Assembly (NCBI RefSeq): GCF_013149785.1
Contig: NZ_JABEZU010000005.1
Span: 1 to 64,000 of the forward strand
Direction of reading: 5' to 3'
From: Isoptericola halotolerans
GTDB lineage: Bacteria > Actinomycetota > Actinomycetes > Actinomycetales > Cellulomonadaceae
DNA length: 64,000 nucleotides
Part shown: positions 41,217 to 50,595 of the stretch, piece by piece
Layout of the letters: each line of letters starts with the position of its first letter
Position numbering within the stretch: position 1 is the first letter of the stretch
Position numbers and translations under genes: made by a program
The notes under the pieces: model-generated
The model's input: only the letters and a program-made list of their open reading frames with translations
Databases searched by the model: none
Told to the model about the DNA's origin: nothing

Positions 41217-42154
41217 CCGTGCTGGCTTTCGACGTCGGCGGCAGCGGTAGCCGGGTCGCGCTGGCGCGTCCCGGCGCCGTCCGTCTCGAGCTGTCCGGCG
41301 AGCGTGCCGCGGTCGGTGCCGACGGCAGCACCGTGCCCGCCGTCGTGCGTTCGCTGCTCGCCGCGGCCACCGCGGCGTGGCCCGACGAGATGCGCGCCGT
41401 GCGCGGGGTGGGGATCGGCGCGACCGGGCTGGGCAGCCTGGTGCGTTCCCCGGCAGACCTGGCCCGGGAGGTCGCGGGCGCCGTCGGTGCTCCGGCCGCC
41501 GCCGCCATCGACGCGGTGACCGCTCATCTCGGAGCGCTCGACGGCGCCGGGGGCGCCGTCGTCGTGCTGGGCACCGGGGCGATCGCGGTCGGGCACGGCG
41601 GGCCCGGCAGCGGTACCGGCTGGCGGCGCGTGGACGGATGGGGCCACCTGCTCGGCGACCGTGGCGGCGGTGCGTCCGTGGGCCTGGACGGGTTGCGGGT
41701 CGCGCTGGTCCACCACGACGGCGTCGACCCGCGCGGTGCGGCCCTCCTGGCCGCCGCCCGTCTCCGCTTCGGGGACCCGACGACCTGGCCGGGTCAGCTC
41801 TACACCCGGCCCGACCGAGCCGGCGTCCTGGCGCAGTTCGCCTCCGACGTCGTCGAGCTCGCCGCCCAGGGCGACCCGGCGGCGCACGGCATCGTCCACG
41901 AGGCGGGGGCCGACGCGGCGCGCAGCGTGGTGGCCGCGCTGGGGGACGACGTGCCCGCGCGTGTCGCGCTGAGCGGCGGCCTCGCCCGGGCGGGCGGGGC
42001 CCTGAGCAGCGGCTTCTCGACGACCGTGGCCGCGCTGCGCCCCGACGCCGAGGTGCGCCGGCCCTTGGGCGACCCGCTCGACGGCGCGCTGCTCCTGGCC
42101 CGGACGGTGGCCGAACACCGCGTCGTGCCCCAGGAAGGATGCTTGTGGACCTGA
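41213..42154 (+). CDS. BadF/BadG-type amino-sugar kinase (GlcNAc/MurNAc kinase-like)
   Basis: FDVGGSG, VVVLGTGAI, RVDGWGHLLGDRGGG. Confidence 0.8.
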   Translation: MTVLAFDVGGSGSRVALARPGAVRLELSGERAAVGADGSTVPAVVRSLLAAATAAWPDEMRAVRGVGIGATGLGSLVRSPADLAREVAGAVGAPAAAAIDAVTAHLGALDGAGGAVVVLGTGAIAVGHGGPGSGTGWRRVDGWGHLLGDRGGGASVGLDGLRVALVHHDGVDPRGAALLAAARLRFGDPTTWPGQLYTRPDRAGVLAQFASDVVELAAQGDPAAHGIVHEAGADAARSVVAALGDDVPARVALSGGLARAGGALSSGFSTTVAALRPDAEVRRPLGDPLDGALLLARTVAEHRVVPQEGCLWT

Positions 42155-45021
42155 TCGCCGACCTCGAACGTGCCCTCGGGCCGGATCAGGTGCTGCACCG
42201 TGCCCTCGACCGGCACGCGCGCGCCCACGACGCGTCGCACTACCTTCTCGTCCCGCAGGTGGTGGCGGTGGCGCGTGACGTCCACGCCGTGGCGGACACG
42301 TTCGCCGTGGCCGCTCGACACCACGTCCCCGTCACGCTGCGGTCGGGCGGTACGAGCCTCTCCGGCCAGTCGTCCGGTGCAGGGATCTTGCTGGACACCC
42401 GCCAGGGGTTTCGGCGTGTCGAGGTGCTCGACGACGGCGTCCGGGTCCGGGTGCAGCCCGGTGCCACCCTCCGGTCGGTGAACGCTCGGCTGGCTCGTCA
42501 CGGTCGCGCCCTCGGACCCGATCCCGCGAGCGAGGTGGCCTGCACCGTCGGGGGCATCATCGCGAACAACTCCTCGGGGATGGCCGCGGGGACAGAGCAC
42601 AACAGCTACCGGACCCTGGAGTCGATGACCGTCGTCCTCGCCTCCGGGACGGTCGTCGACACGGGCGCGGCCGACGCCTCCGAGCGGTTGCGTGCCGCCG
42701 AGCCCGCGCTGGTCGCCACGCTCGAGAGGTTGCGCGACGAGATCCGGGCCGACCCGGCGGCGGTGGCCGAGATCCGCGAGCGCTTCTCGCTGAAGAACAC
42801 CATGGGCTACTCGGTCCAGGCCTTCTGCGACGCCACCGACCCGGCGGCCCTGCTCCAGCGCCTGCTCGTGGGCTCGGAGGGCACGCTCGGGTTCGTCGCC
42901 GAGGCCGTGTACTGCACGGTTCCGGTCCAGCCCAGCGTGGCGACAGGTCTGCTCGTGCTCGACTCGGTCGACCGTGCCGCCGAGGCGCTCCCGCACCTGG
43001 TCGCCACGGGGGCCGCCGCGCTCGAGCTGATGGACGCCACCTCCCTGCGCGTCGCGCAGCGCGCGGCGACCGTCCCCGCTGTGATCCGTGACCTCGACGT
43101 GGACCAGCACGCCGCGATCCTGGTCGAGTACCGCGGCCAGGACGACGACCAGCTGGCCGGGAGAGTTGCCGGCGCACGGGACGTCCTCGACCGGCTGCCC
43201 GCCGTCGTCCCCGTCGATCTCACCACCGAGCCGGCCGACCGGGCCGCGCTCTGGTCGGTCCGCAAGGGGCTCTACGCCGCGGTGGCGGGAGCCCGGCCGC
43301 CGGGGACCACCGCGCTGCTCGAGGACGTGGTGGTGCCCGTGGACCGACTGGCCCGGACGTGCCGGGAGCTCGCTGCCCAGCTGGCTGCGCACGGCTACCC
43401 GGACCCTGTGATCTTCGGGCACGCCAAGGACGGCAACCTGCACTTCATGCTGACTGACGACATGGAGGACGCGTCGTCGTCGGACCGGCTCGCCGCGTTC
43501 ACCGAGGACCTGGTCGACCTCGTGCTGCGGCACGGCGGCAACCTCAAGGCCGAGCACGGCACAGGGCGCGCGATGGCACCGTTCGTCGGTCGGCAGTACT
43601 CACCGGCCCTCGTCACGGTCATGCGCGAGGTCAAGCGCGCGTTCGACCCGGCCGGAGTCCTGAACCCCGGTGTCGTGCTCACGGACGACCCGCGCGCTCA
43701 CCTGAGGGACCTCAAGCCGGTGGACCGCGTCGACGCCGAGGTCGACCGGTGCGTGGAGTGCGGGTACTGCGAACCGGTGTGCCCGAGCCGTGACCTCACC
43801 CTGACCCCGCGGCAACGTATCGTCGCGCGCCGGGCGCGCGCTCGGGCGGAGGGCGTCGGGGACACCGCCCTCGTCGCGGAGATCGACGCCGAATACGGGT
43901 ACGAGGGCGTCGACACCTGTGCGGCGGACGGCATGTGCGCGACGGCGTGCCCCGTCGGGATCGACACCGGCGCCCTCGTGAAGCGGCTGCGTTCCGAGGG
44001 GCGCGGCCGGGTGGAGCAGCGGGCGTGGCGGACCGCGGCCGCGCACTGGGGCGCGACGACGACGGCGGCCGGTGTCGCGCTGGACGTGGCGTCGCGGCTG
44101 CCGGCCCCCTGGGTGGAGACAGCCAACCGCGCGGCTCGGACGGTGCTCGACGCCGACGACGTGCCGCGCTGGAGCCCTGACCTGCCGGCCGGCGGCCGCC
44201 GTCGCAGCAGGACGGCAGGGGGCCGGGGCGTGCCGGGGCCGGTCGCCGCCGTGTTCCTGCCGAGCTGCCAGGGGGCGATGTTCGCCCCGGCCGGCCCGGC
44301 GTCGGGAGAGGCGCCAGGGCGACCGGGGGAGGGTGTCCAGGCCGCGGTCGCGCGGCTGTGCGCGGCGGCGGGCGTCGGGCTGGTCGTGCCCGACGACCTC
44401 GACGACCTCTGCTGTGGCACCCCGTGGTCCTCGAAGGGCTACACGGAGGGCCATGCCGCGATGGCGGAACGCGTGCTGACGGCGGTCGGAGCGGCGCGCG
44501 AGACGGTGCGCGAGCGGACCGGGCAGGACGTCCCCGTCGTCGTCGACGCCACCTCCTGCACCGAGGGCGTCGCCGGGATCATGGCGACCGCGCGGGAGGC
44601 GGGGGACCCGCGGGCGGTCGACGTGGTCGACGCCGTGACGTTCGTCGCGGAGACGGTGCTGCCCCGGCTGCCCGTCGATCCGGACCGCAGGCTGTCCTCG
44701 CTCGTGCTCCACCCGACGTGCGCGTCCGCGCGCAGCGGGGTGGACGCGGACCTGCGTGCGGTGGCCGCTGCCGTGGCCCGCTCGGTGGAGGTCCCGGACG
44801 ACTGGGGCTGCTGCGGCTTCGCGGGGGACCGGGGGATGCTGCACCCGGAGCTCACCGCCGCGGCGACGGCGGCCGAGGCCGCGGACGTCGAGCGGCTGGA
44901 CGGCGACACGCACGCCTCGTGCAACCGCGCCTGCGAGCTGGCGATGACCCGGGCCACGGGCCGCTCGTACCGTCACCTGCTGGAGCTCGTCGCGGACGTG
45001 GTGCTGGACGCGCCACCCTGA
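42145..45021 (+). CDS. FAD-binding and Fe-S-binding oxidoreductase (Fe-S D-lactate dehydrogenase-like)
   Basis: DASHY, RSGGTSLSGQ, GPDPAS, GSEGTLG, FGHAKDGNLHF, KAEHGTG, CVECGYCEPVCP, CAADGMCATACP, CCG repeats; RBS AGGAAGG; alternative ATG at 42139. Confidence 0.88.
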   Translation: MDLIADLERALGPDQVLHRALDRHARAHDASHYLLVPQVVAVARDVHAVADTFAVAARHHVPVTLRSGGTSLSGQSSGAGILLDTRQGFRRVEVLDDGVRVRVQPGATLRSVNARLARHGRALGPDPASEVACTVGGIIANNSSGMAAGTEHNSYRTLESMTVVLASGTVVDTGAADASERLRAAEPALVATLERLRDEIRADPAAVAEIRERFSLKNTMGYSVQAFCDATDPAALLQRLLVGSEGTLGFVAEAVYCTVPVQPSVATGLLVLDSVDRAAEALPHLVATGAAALELMDATSLRVAQRAATVPAVIRDLDVDQHAAILVEYRGQDDDQLAGRVAGARDVLDRLPAVVPVDLTTEPADRAALWSVRKGLYAAVAGARPPGTTALLEDVVVPVDRLARTCRELAAQLAAHGYPDPVIFGHAKDGNLHFMLTDDMEDASSSDRLAAFTEDLVDLVLRHGGNLKAEHGTGRAMAPFVGRQYSPALVTVMREVKRAFDPAGVLNPGVVLTDDPRAHLRDLKPVDRVDAEVDRCVECGYCEPVCPSRDLTLTPRQRIVARRARARAEGVGDTALVAEIDAEYGYEGVDTCAADGMCATACPVGIDTGALVKRLRSEGRGRVEQRAWRTAAAHWGATTTAAGVALDVASRLPAPWVETANRAARTVLDADDVPRWSPDLPAGGRRRSRTAGGRGVPGPVAAVFLPSCQGAMFAPAGPASGEAPGRPGEGVQAAVARLCAAAGVGLVVPDDLDDLCCGTPWSSKGYTEGHAAMAERVLTAVGAARETVRERTGQDVPVVVDATSCTEGVAGIMATAREAGDPRAVDVVDAVTFVAETVLPRLPVDPDRRLSSLVLHPTCASARSGVDADLRAVAAAVARSVEVPDDWGCCGFAGDRGMLHPELTAAATAAEAADVERLDGDTHASCNRACELAMTRATGRSYRHLLELVADVVLDAPP

Positions 45022-45030
45022 GGCGGCGGC

Positions 45031-45777
45031 TCAGACCGTCGGGCGTGCCCCGAAGACTCCCGTCCCGACACGCACGATCGTCGCGCCCTCGGCCACGGCG
45101 AGCCCCAGGTCGCCGGACATCCCCATGGACAGCTCGCGGGCACCACCCGTGCCCGGGGCGCCGGAGGCCACGACGTCGTCGCGGATCGACCGCAGGCGAG
45201 CGAACCCGGCGCGGACCGCCGCCTCGTCGTCCGTGCGGGCGCCGATGGTCATGAACCCCGTGAGCTGCAGCCCGTCGAGCGCGGCGACGTGGAGGGCGAG
45301 CGCGCCGGCCTGCGCGGGCTCCGCGCCGGACTTGCTCTCCTCGCCCGAGACGTTGACCTGCACCATGACGTCGAGCGCGCGTCCGGCACGCACCGCCCGC
45401 AGGGCGAGCGCGTCCGCGAGGGCCGTGGTGTCGACCGTCTCCAGGCCGGTGACGGTCGGCAGCATCTGGTTGATCTTGTTGCGCTGCAGGTTGCCGATCA
45501 TGTGCACCTCGACCCGGCCTGCCGCGACGAGGTCTGCGAGGGCCGGTGCCTTCGCCACGAGCTCCTGGACGCGGTTCTCACCGATCAGGACCGGGCCGTC
45601 GTCCCCGCGGGAGGCTGCCAGGTCGGTCGCGGCGGCGATCGCGGCGAGGACAGTGCCGGCGTCCTGCGTCTTGGTCGCGAGCAGCAGCCTGACCTCGCCG
45701 GGGTCCCGCCCGGCGGCGTGCGCGGCGTCGTCGACCCGGGCGCGCACCGTGGCGAGCCGGTCGTGGAGGGAGGGCAT
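45031..45777 (-). CDS. yggS: PLP homeostasis protein (YggS family)
   Basis: LLATKT, GENRVQE, HMIGNLQRNK, QVN.SGEESKSG, LSMGMSGD, VRVGT. Confidence 0.92.
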   Translation of the reverse strand: MPSLHDRLATVRARVDDAAHAAGRDPGEVRLLLATKTQDAGTVLAAIAAATDLAASRGDDGPVLIGENRVQELVAKAPALADLVAAGRVEVHMIGNLQRNKINQMLPTVTGLETVDTTALADALALRAVRAGRALDVMVQVNVSGEESKSGAEPAQAGALALHVAALDGLQLTGFMTIGARTDDEAAVRAGFARLRSIRDDVVASGAPGTGGARELSMGMSGDLGLAVAEGATIVRVGTGVFGARPTV

Positions 45778-45858
45778 GGGGGCCAGTCTACGAAGGCCAG
45801 GGTGACGTCAGGGTCTCCCCGGATCCCGTCCGTGCGCCGTTGGTGGGACGATGGTGGC

Positions 45859-46260
45859 GTGAAGGCACTGCTCAACGTCATCTGGCTCGTCTTCGGCGGG
45901 CTGGTGCTCGCGCTCGGCTACGCCGCCGCGGGCATCATCTGCTGCATCCTCATCGTCACGATCCCGTGGGGCATCGCGTCCTTCCGGATCGCGGGGTACG
46001 CGCTGTGGCCGTTCGGGCGCACCGTGGTCGACAAGCCGGGCGCGGGGGGCTGGTCGGTGCTGGGCAACATCGTGTGGATCGTCGTCGCCGGCATCTGGCT
46101 GGCCATCAGCCACGTGCTGACGGCGATCGCCCAGGCGATCACGATCATCGGGATCCCGCTGGCCATCGCGAACCTCAAGATGATCCCCATCTCGCTGCTG
46201 CCGCTGGGCAAGGACATCGTGCCCAGCGACGCGCGGTACCCGACCTACCAGCGCGCCTGA
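45859..46260 (+). CDS. YccF-domain membrane protein
   Basis: Duplicated LLNVIWLVFGG / LGNIVWIVVAG; LWPFGR; TIIGIP. Confidence 0.88.
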   Translation: MKALLNVIWLVFGGLVLALGYAAAGIICCILIVTIPWGIASFRIAGYALWPFGRTVVDKPGAGGWSVLGNIVWIVVAGIWLAISHVLTAIAQAITIIGIPLAIANLKMIPISLLPLGKDIVPSDARYPTYQRA

Positions 46261-46279
46261 CGCCGTCTGGCGGGAACGG

Positions 46280-46774
46280 TCAGCGGGCCAGGGGTGCCGT
46301 CGTCCCGCGCGTCAGCCGCAGCAGGTCCGCGGGCGTCACCGAGACGTCCAGCCCACGGCGACCGCCGGAGACGTAGACGAGCTCGAAGGTCTCGGCCGAG
46401 TCGTCCAGCACGGTCCGGTGCCGGGCACGCTGGCCCAGGGGCGAGATGCCGCCCGCGACGTACCCGGTGGCCCGCTCCGCCCGTCCGACGTCCGCCATCG
46501 TCGCCCGCTTGGCGCCGACGGCGCGGGCCAGCGCCTTGAGGTCGAGCGTTCCCGTCACCGGCACGACGGCGACGACGAGGTCGCCGTCGACGTCGGCGAC
46601 CAGCGTCTTGAACACCTGGGCTGCCGGCACGCCGAGGGCTGCCGCCGCCTCCTCGCCGTAGCTCAGGTCGCTCGACGGGTCGTGCTCGTACGGGTGCACA
46701 CCGTGCGTCGCACCTGCGTCCTCCAGCGCGGTGAGGGCAGGGGTCGCTCCGCGCACGGTCTTCTTCCGGGCCAC
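46280..46774 (-). CDS. ybaK: Cys-tRNA(Pro) deacylase
   Basis: VFKTLV, LDLKALA, TGYVAGGISPLGQ, VSGGRRG. Confidence 0.92.
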   Translation of the reverse strand: MARKKTVRGATPALTALEDAGATHGVHPYEHDPSSDLSYGEEAAAALGVPAAQVFKTLVADVDGDLVVAVVPVTGTLDLKALARAVGAKRATMADVGRAERATGYVAGGISPLGQRARHRTVLDDSAETFELVYVSGGRRGLDVSVTPADLLRLTRGTTAPLAR

Positions 46775-46855
46775 GACGGACAGTGTGCCCGATCTCGCAG
46801 CGCGGGAGCCGCCGTCGGGCCCGGTGTCGACCGGGCCGCGGCGTAGCGTGGGGGC

Positions 46856-47608
46856 GTGCTCACCCTCCTCGTCCTCGCGATCCTGGTCGGTGGAGTCCTC
46901 CAGAGGGTCACCGGGATGGGGTTCGGACTGGTGGCCGGCCCGTTCATCGTGCTCATCGTCGGACCGCTCGAGGGCGTGCTCTTCGTCAACCTGGCAGGAG
47001 CCATCGCCTCGTCGATCATCCTCGGACGTGTGGTGCGCGACGTGGAGTGGCGCAAGTTCGCCTGGCTGGTGGTGTCCTCGTTCGTCGTCACGGTGCCCGC
47101 CGCGCTGCTGCTGCGCGACGTGAGCGCGCCCGCCCTCGAGATCACCATCGGGCTGTTCATCATCGCCGCGATGACGCTCGCGGTCCTCACCACCCGCCTG
47201 CGCCGCGAGGGCCGGCACCCGGTGGACGGGTCGAGCGGCCTCCCGCTGGCACTGACCGGGACCGCCAGCGGGATCGGTTCGGTCGCGGCGGGGATCGGCG
47301 GGCCGCCCGTGGCGGTCTACGCCGTGCTCAGCGGCTGGGACCCCAAGCGCTTCGCGGCCACGGCACAACCGTTCTTCGCGGCGAACGCCGTCGCCGCGCT
47401 GGTCGCCAAGATCGTGCTGGCCGACGCCTCGTTCCCCTCGATGGAGCCCTGGCAGTGGGTGCTGCTCATGGTCGCGATCGTCGGGGGACTGGCGATCGGC
47501 GAGGTGCTCGCCCCGCGGGTGTCCGCCGAGGCCACCCGGCGCGTGCTCATCGTGCTCGCGTACGTGGGCGGCCTCGCGACGCTGGTCCGGGGCCTGACGG
47601 GACTGTGA
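46856..47608 (+). CDS. TSUP (TauE/SafE) family transporter
   Basis: QRVTGMGFGLV, AGIGGPP; about eight TM segments. Confidence 0.82.
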   Translation: MLTLLVLAILVGGVLQRVTGMGFGLVAGPFIVLIVGPLEGVLFVNLAGAIASSIILGRVVRDVEWRKFAWLVVSSFVVTVPAALLLRDVSAPALEITIGLFIIAAMTLAVLTTRLRREGRHPVDGSSGLPLALTGTASGIGSVAAGIGGPPVAVYAVLSGWDPKRFAATAQPFFAANAVAALVAKIVLADASFPSMEPWQWVLLMVAIVGGLAIGEVLAPRVSAEATRRVLIVLAYVGGLATLVRGLTGL

Positions 47609-47746
47609 GGACCGGTCCTCAGGGGCGGTGACTCGGCGGCCTTGCGGTCCGCCTCGGCCTGCTGCGGGCGCGCCTCGGCGTCGAGCCTGCCTGCCGAGGC
47701 CTCTCGTTCCCGCACCGTGCCGCGTTTCCGCCCGGCCTCGCGGCGT

Positions 47747-50479
47747 TCAGACGATCTGGCCCACGTGCTCGATCGTGACGACCGGTGCGCCGGCCTCGTC
47801 GCTCGCCGCGAGGTCGACCTGTGCGGTGATCGCCCAGTCGTGGTCCCCGTTCGTGTCGTCGAGCACCTGGCGCACCCACCACGTCCCGGTGGGGACGGTC
47901 CGTGCGTCCGACGGCGGGGCGCCGGAGGGGAGCTCGGCTCCCGGCTCGAGCATGGTCAGCAGCGACGAGGCGCGGGCGTTCGCCCCGAAGCCGATCGCGT
48001 CGTCGCCCTGCGTCTCGAAGAGGTCCTCGAGGGCGTCGGCCCACGCGTCGCCGTCCCACCCGGAGGCCTTGTCGAGGGCCTCGAGCGCGTCGTAGTCCTC
48101 ACGGGCGGCCAGCTCGACATGGCGGAACATGGCGTTGCGCACCAGGCGGCGGAACGAGCGAGGGTTGCCGGTGACGGGTCGTGCGGGCGCCTCCGCCCCG
48201 GCCTCGGCGAGCTCGCCCTCCACGATGTCGTCGGCGTCGTCGTCGACCGGGTTCTGCAGCCGCTCCCACTCGTCGAGCAGGGAGGAGTCGACGCCGCGCA
48301 CCAGCTCGCCGAGCCACTCGATCACCTCGTGGACGTCCTCGGTGCGGTGCTCCTCGGGGACCACCTGCCGGATCGCGCGGAACGCGTCGGCCAGGTAGCG
48401 CAGCACCACGCCCTCGGTCCGCTCCAGGCCGTAGATGCTGACGAGCTCGGCGAAGGTCATCGCCTGCTCGAGCATGTCGCGCACCACGGACTTCGGCGCG
48501 AGCTCGGCACCGGCCACCCACGGGTTGGTCTGCTTGTAGACCGCGAACGCCGGTTCGAGGAGCTCGGCGAGCGGCCGCGGCCAGGTGACCTCCTCCAGCA
48601 GCTCCATGCGCTCGTCGTACTCGATGCCCTCGGCCTTCATCTCGGCGACGGCCACGCCGCGGGCCTTGCGCTGCTGGCCGTAGAGGATCTGGCGCGGGTC
48701 GTCGAGGGTCGCCTCGATGACGGAGACGACGTCGAGGGCGTGCGTGGGGGAGTCGACGTCGAGCAGGTCCATGGCCGCCAGGGCGAACGGTGACAGGGGT
48801 GCGTTGAGCGCGAAGTCGCGCGGCAGGTCGACCTCGAGGCGGACGCTCGGGCGGTAGCCCGCCGGGCGCGAGGCGTCGGGGACGCGCACTCGCTCGACGA
48901 CGCCGGCGACGCGCAGCGACCGGTAGATGCGCAGCGCCTGGCGCACGTGCGCGGCCTGCTGGGCGGCGGTGTCGTGGTTCGAGGTGAGCAGGTGCCGCAT
49001 CGCCTCGACCGGGTCCACGGAGTCCGGGCCGGCTGCCGCGCGCTCGTCGCGGGTGCGGGCCAGGACGTTGAGGACCATGGCGTGGTTGACGGTGAACTGG
49101 CTGGCCAGCGGTTCCGGCGGTGCGTCGCGCAACCGCTCGAAGGTGGAGTCGGTCCAGTTCACCGATCCTGAGGGGGCCTTCTTGCGGACCAGCTTCTTGA
49201 GCTTCTTCGGGTCGTCGCCGGCCTTGGCGACAGCCTTGCGGTTCTCGATGACGTGGTCGGGCGCCATGACGAGCACCTCGCCGAGGGTGTCGAACCCGGC
49301 GCGGCCGGCGCGTCCCGCGATCTGGTGGAACTCACGCGCACTGAGGTGACGCATCCGTTCGCCGTCGAACTTGACCAGGGAGGTCATCAGCACGGTGCGG
49401 ATGGGCACGTTGATGCCCACCCCCAGGGTGTCGGTGCCGCACACGACCTTGAGCAGCCCCCGCTGGGTCAGCCGTTCGACGAGCCGGCGGTACTTGGGCA
49501 GCATGCCGGCGTGGTGGACCCCCACGCCGGCGCGCAGGTACTTGCTGAGCACCTTGCCGAACCCGGTGCCGAACCGGAACGCGCCGATCTCGGTGGCGAT
49601 GGCGGCCTTCTCCTCCTTGGAGGCGAGCTTGGTGCTCAGCAGCGCCTGCGCGCGGTCGACGGCGTCCTTCTGGGTGAAGTGGACGACGTAGACGGGAGCG
49701 CGGTGCGTCGTGACGAGCTCCTCGATGACCTCCGGCAGGGGCTCCTGGACGTAGGAGAAGGTCAGGGGGACCGGCCGTTCGGCGTCGGCGACCTCGGCCA
49801 CGGGGCGGCCGGACCGCTCCTCGAGATCCTCGCGCAGCCGGGTGGTGTCCCCGAGCGTGGCGGACATCAGCAGGAGCTGGGTGTGCGGCAGCTCGAGCAG
49901 CGGCACCTGCCAGGCCCAGCCGCGCTGCGGGTCGCCGTAGTAGTGGAACTCGTCCATGACGACCTGGGCGATGAAGTCGTCGTCCCCGGGGGAGCCGGCA
50001 CCTCGACGCAGGGCGAGGTTGGCGAGGATCTCCGCGGTGCAGCAGATGATCGGCGCGTCGGCGTTGACGGCGCTGTCGCCGGTCATCATCCCGACGTTGC
50101 GCGACCCGAAGGCGGCGACCAGGTCGAAGAACTTCTCGCTGACGAGCGCCTTGAGCGGGGCGGTGTAGTACGTCCGCCCGCCGTTCCCGGACCGCCGGGC
50201 GGCCAGGGCCGCGAACTGGGCCCCCATGGCCACCATCGACTTGCCGGACCCGGTCGGGGTGGCGAGGACGACGTGCGAGCCGGTCATGAGCTCCAGCAGC
50301 GCCTCCTCCTGGTGCGGGTAGAGGCTGCGACCGGTGGACGACGCCCACTCGCCGAACCCCTCGAACAGCACGTCCGGGTCGGGTGCCTTGCCCGTCGGGG
50401 CGGGCAGGTACGGCAGCAGGGTGCCGGCCGGCCGCGGTGCCGTCGTCGGGGTGGTCGAGGGGGCGTCGGTGGCAGTCAT
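47747..50479 (-). CDS. Ski2-like DEAD/DEAH helicase with DUF3516-type C-terminus
   Basis: ATPTGSGKS, YTAPLKAL, MDEFH, MSAT, HHAGML, TDTLGVGINVP, QIAGRAGR, DSSLLDEWE. Confidence 0.9.
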   Translation of the reverse strand: MTATDAPSTTPTTAPRPAGTLLPYLPAPTGKAPDPDVLFEGFGEWASSTGRSLYPHQEEALLELMTGSHVVLATPTGSGKSMVAMGAQFAALAARRSGNGGRTYYTAPLKALVSEKFFDLVAAFGSRNVGMMTGDSAVNADAPIICCTAEILANLALRRGAGSPGDDDFIAQVVMDEFHYYGDPQRGWAWQVPLLELPHTQLLLMSATLGDTTRLREDLEERSGRPVAEVADAERPVPLTFSYVQEPLPEVIEELVTTHRAPVYVVHFTQKDAVDRAQALLSTKLASKEEKAAIATEIGAFRFGTGFGKVLSKYLRAGVGVHHAGMLPKYRRLVERLTQRGLLKVVCGTDTLGVGINVPIRTVLMTSLVKFDGERMRHLSAREFHQIAGRAGRAGFDTLGEVLVMAPDHVIENRKAVAKAGDDPKKLKKLVRKKAPSGSVNWTDSTFERLRDAPPEPLASQFTVNHAMVLNVLARTRDERAAAGPDSVDPVEAMRHLLTSNHDTAAQQAAHVRQALRIYRSLRVAGVVERVRVPDASRPAGYRPSVRLEVDLPRDFALNAPLSPFALAAMDLLDVDSPTHALDVVSVIEATLDDPRQILYGQQRKARGVAVAEMKAEGIEYDERMELLEEVTWPRPLAELLEPAFAVYKQTNPWVAGAELAPKSVVRDMLEQAMTFAELVSIYGLERTEGVVLRYLADAFRAIRQVVPEEHRTEDVHEVIEWLGELVRGVDSSLLDEWERLQNPVDDDADDIVEGELAEAGAEAPARPVTGNPRSFRRLVRNAMFRHVELAAREDYDALEALDKASGWDGDAWADALEDLFETQGDDAIGFGANARASSLLTMLEPGAELPSGAPPSDARTVPTGTWWVRQVLDDTNGDHDWAITAQVDLAASDEAGAPVVTIEHVGQIV

Positions 50480-50517
50480 CGCGGCCATTCTCGCAGTCGT
50501 GCCGGGGCGTGACGACT

Positions 50518-50579
50518 GATCGGCATCTCGTGCTCGGATCGGCAGCTCGAGCTGCCGATCCGAGCACAAGATGCCGATC
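50518..50579. repeat. 62-bp near-perfect palindrome without spacer
   Basis: GATCGGCATCTCGTGCTCGGATCGGCAGCTC | GAGCTGCCGATCCGAGCACAAGATGCCGATC; one mismatch in 31 bp. Confidence 0.95.
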
Positions 50580-50595
50580 GGACGAGGTCAGACGG

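Noticed and set aside
41377..42138. Long N-terminal extensions of the ORFs for the oxidoreductase (also permease 2, gltX and the 12825 lipoprotein)
   Set aside because: Extensions are off-frame reads of upstream genes; better starts have an RBS, a stop/start overlap or a -10 hexamer.
50518..50579. Palindrome, pentamer and hexamer repeats as a CRISPR array
   Set aside because: No repeat-spacer periodicity and no cas genes.
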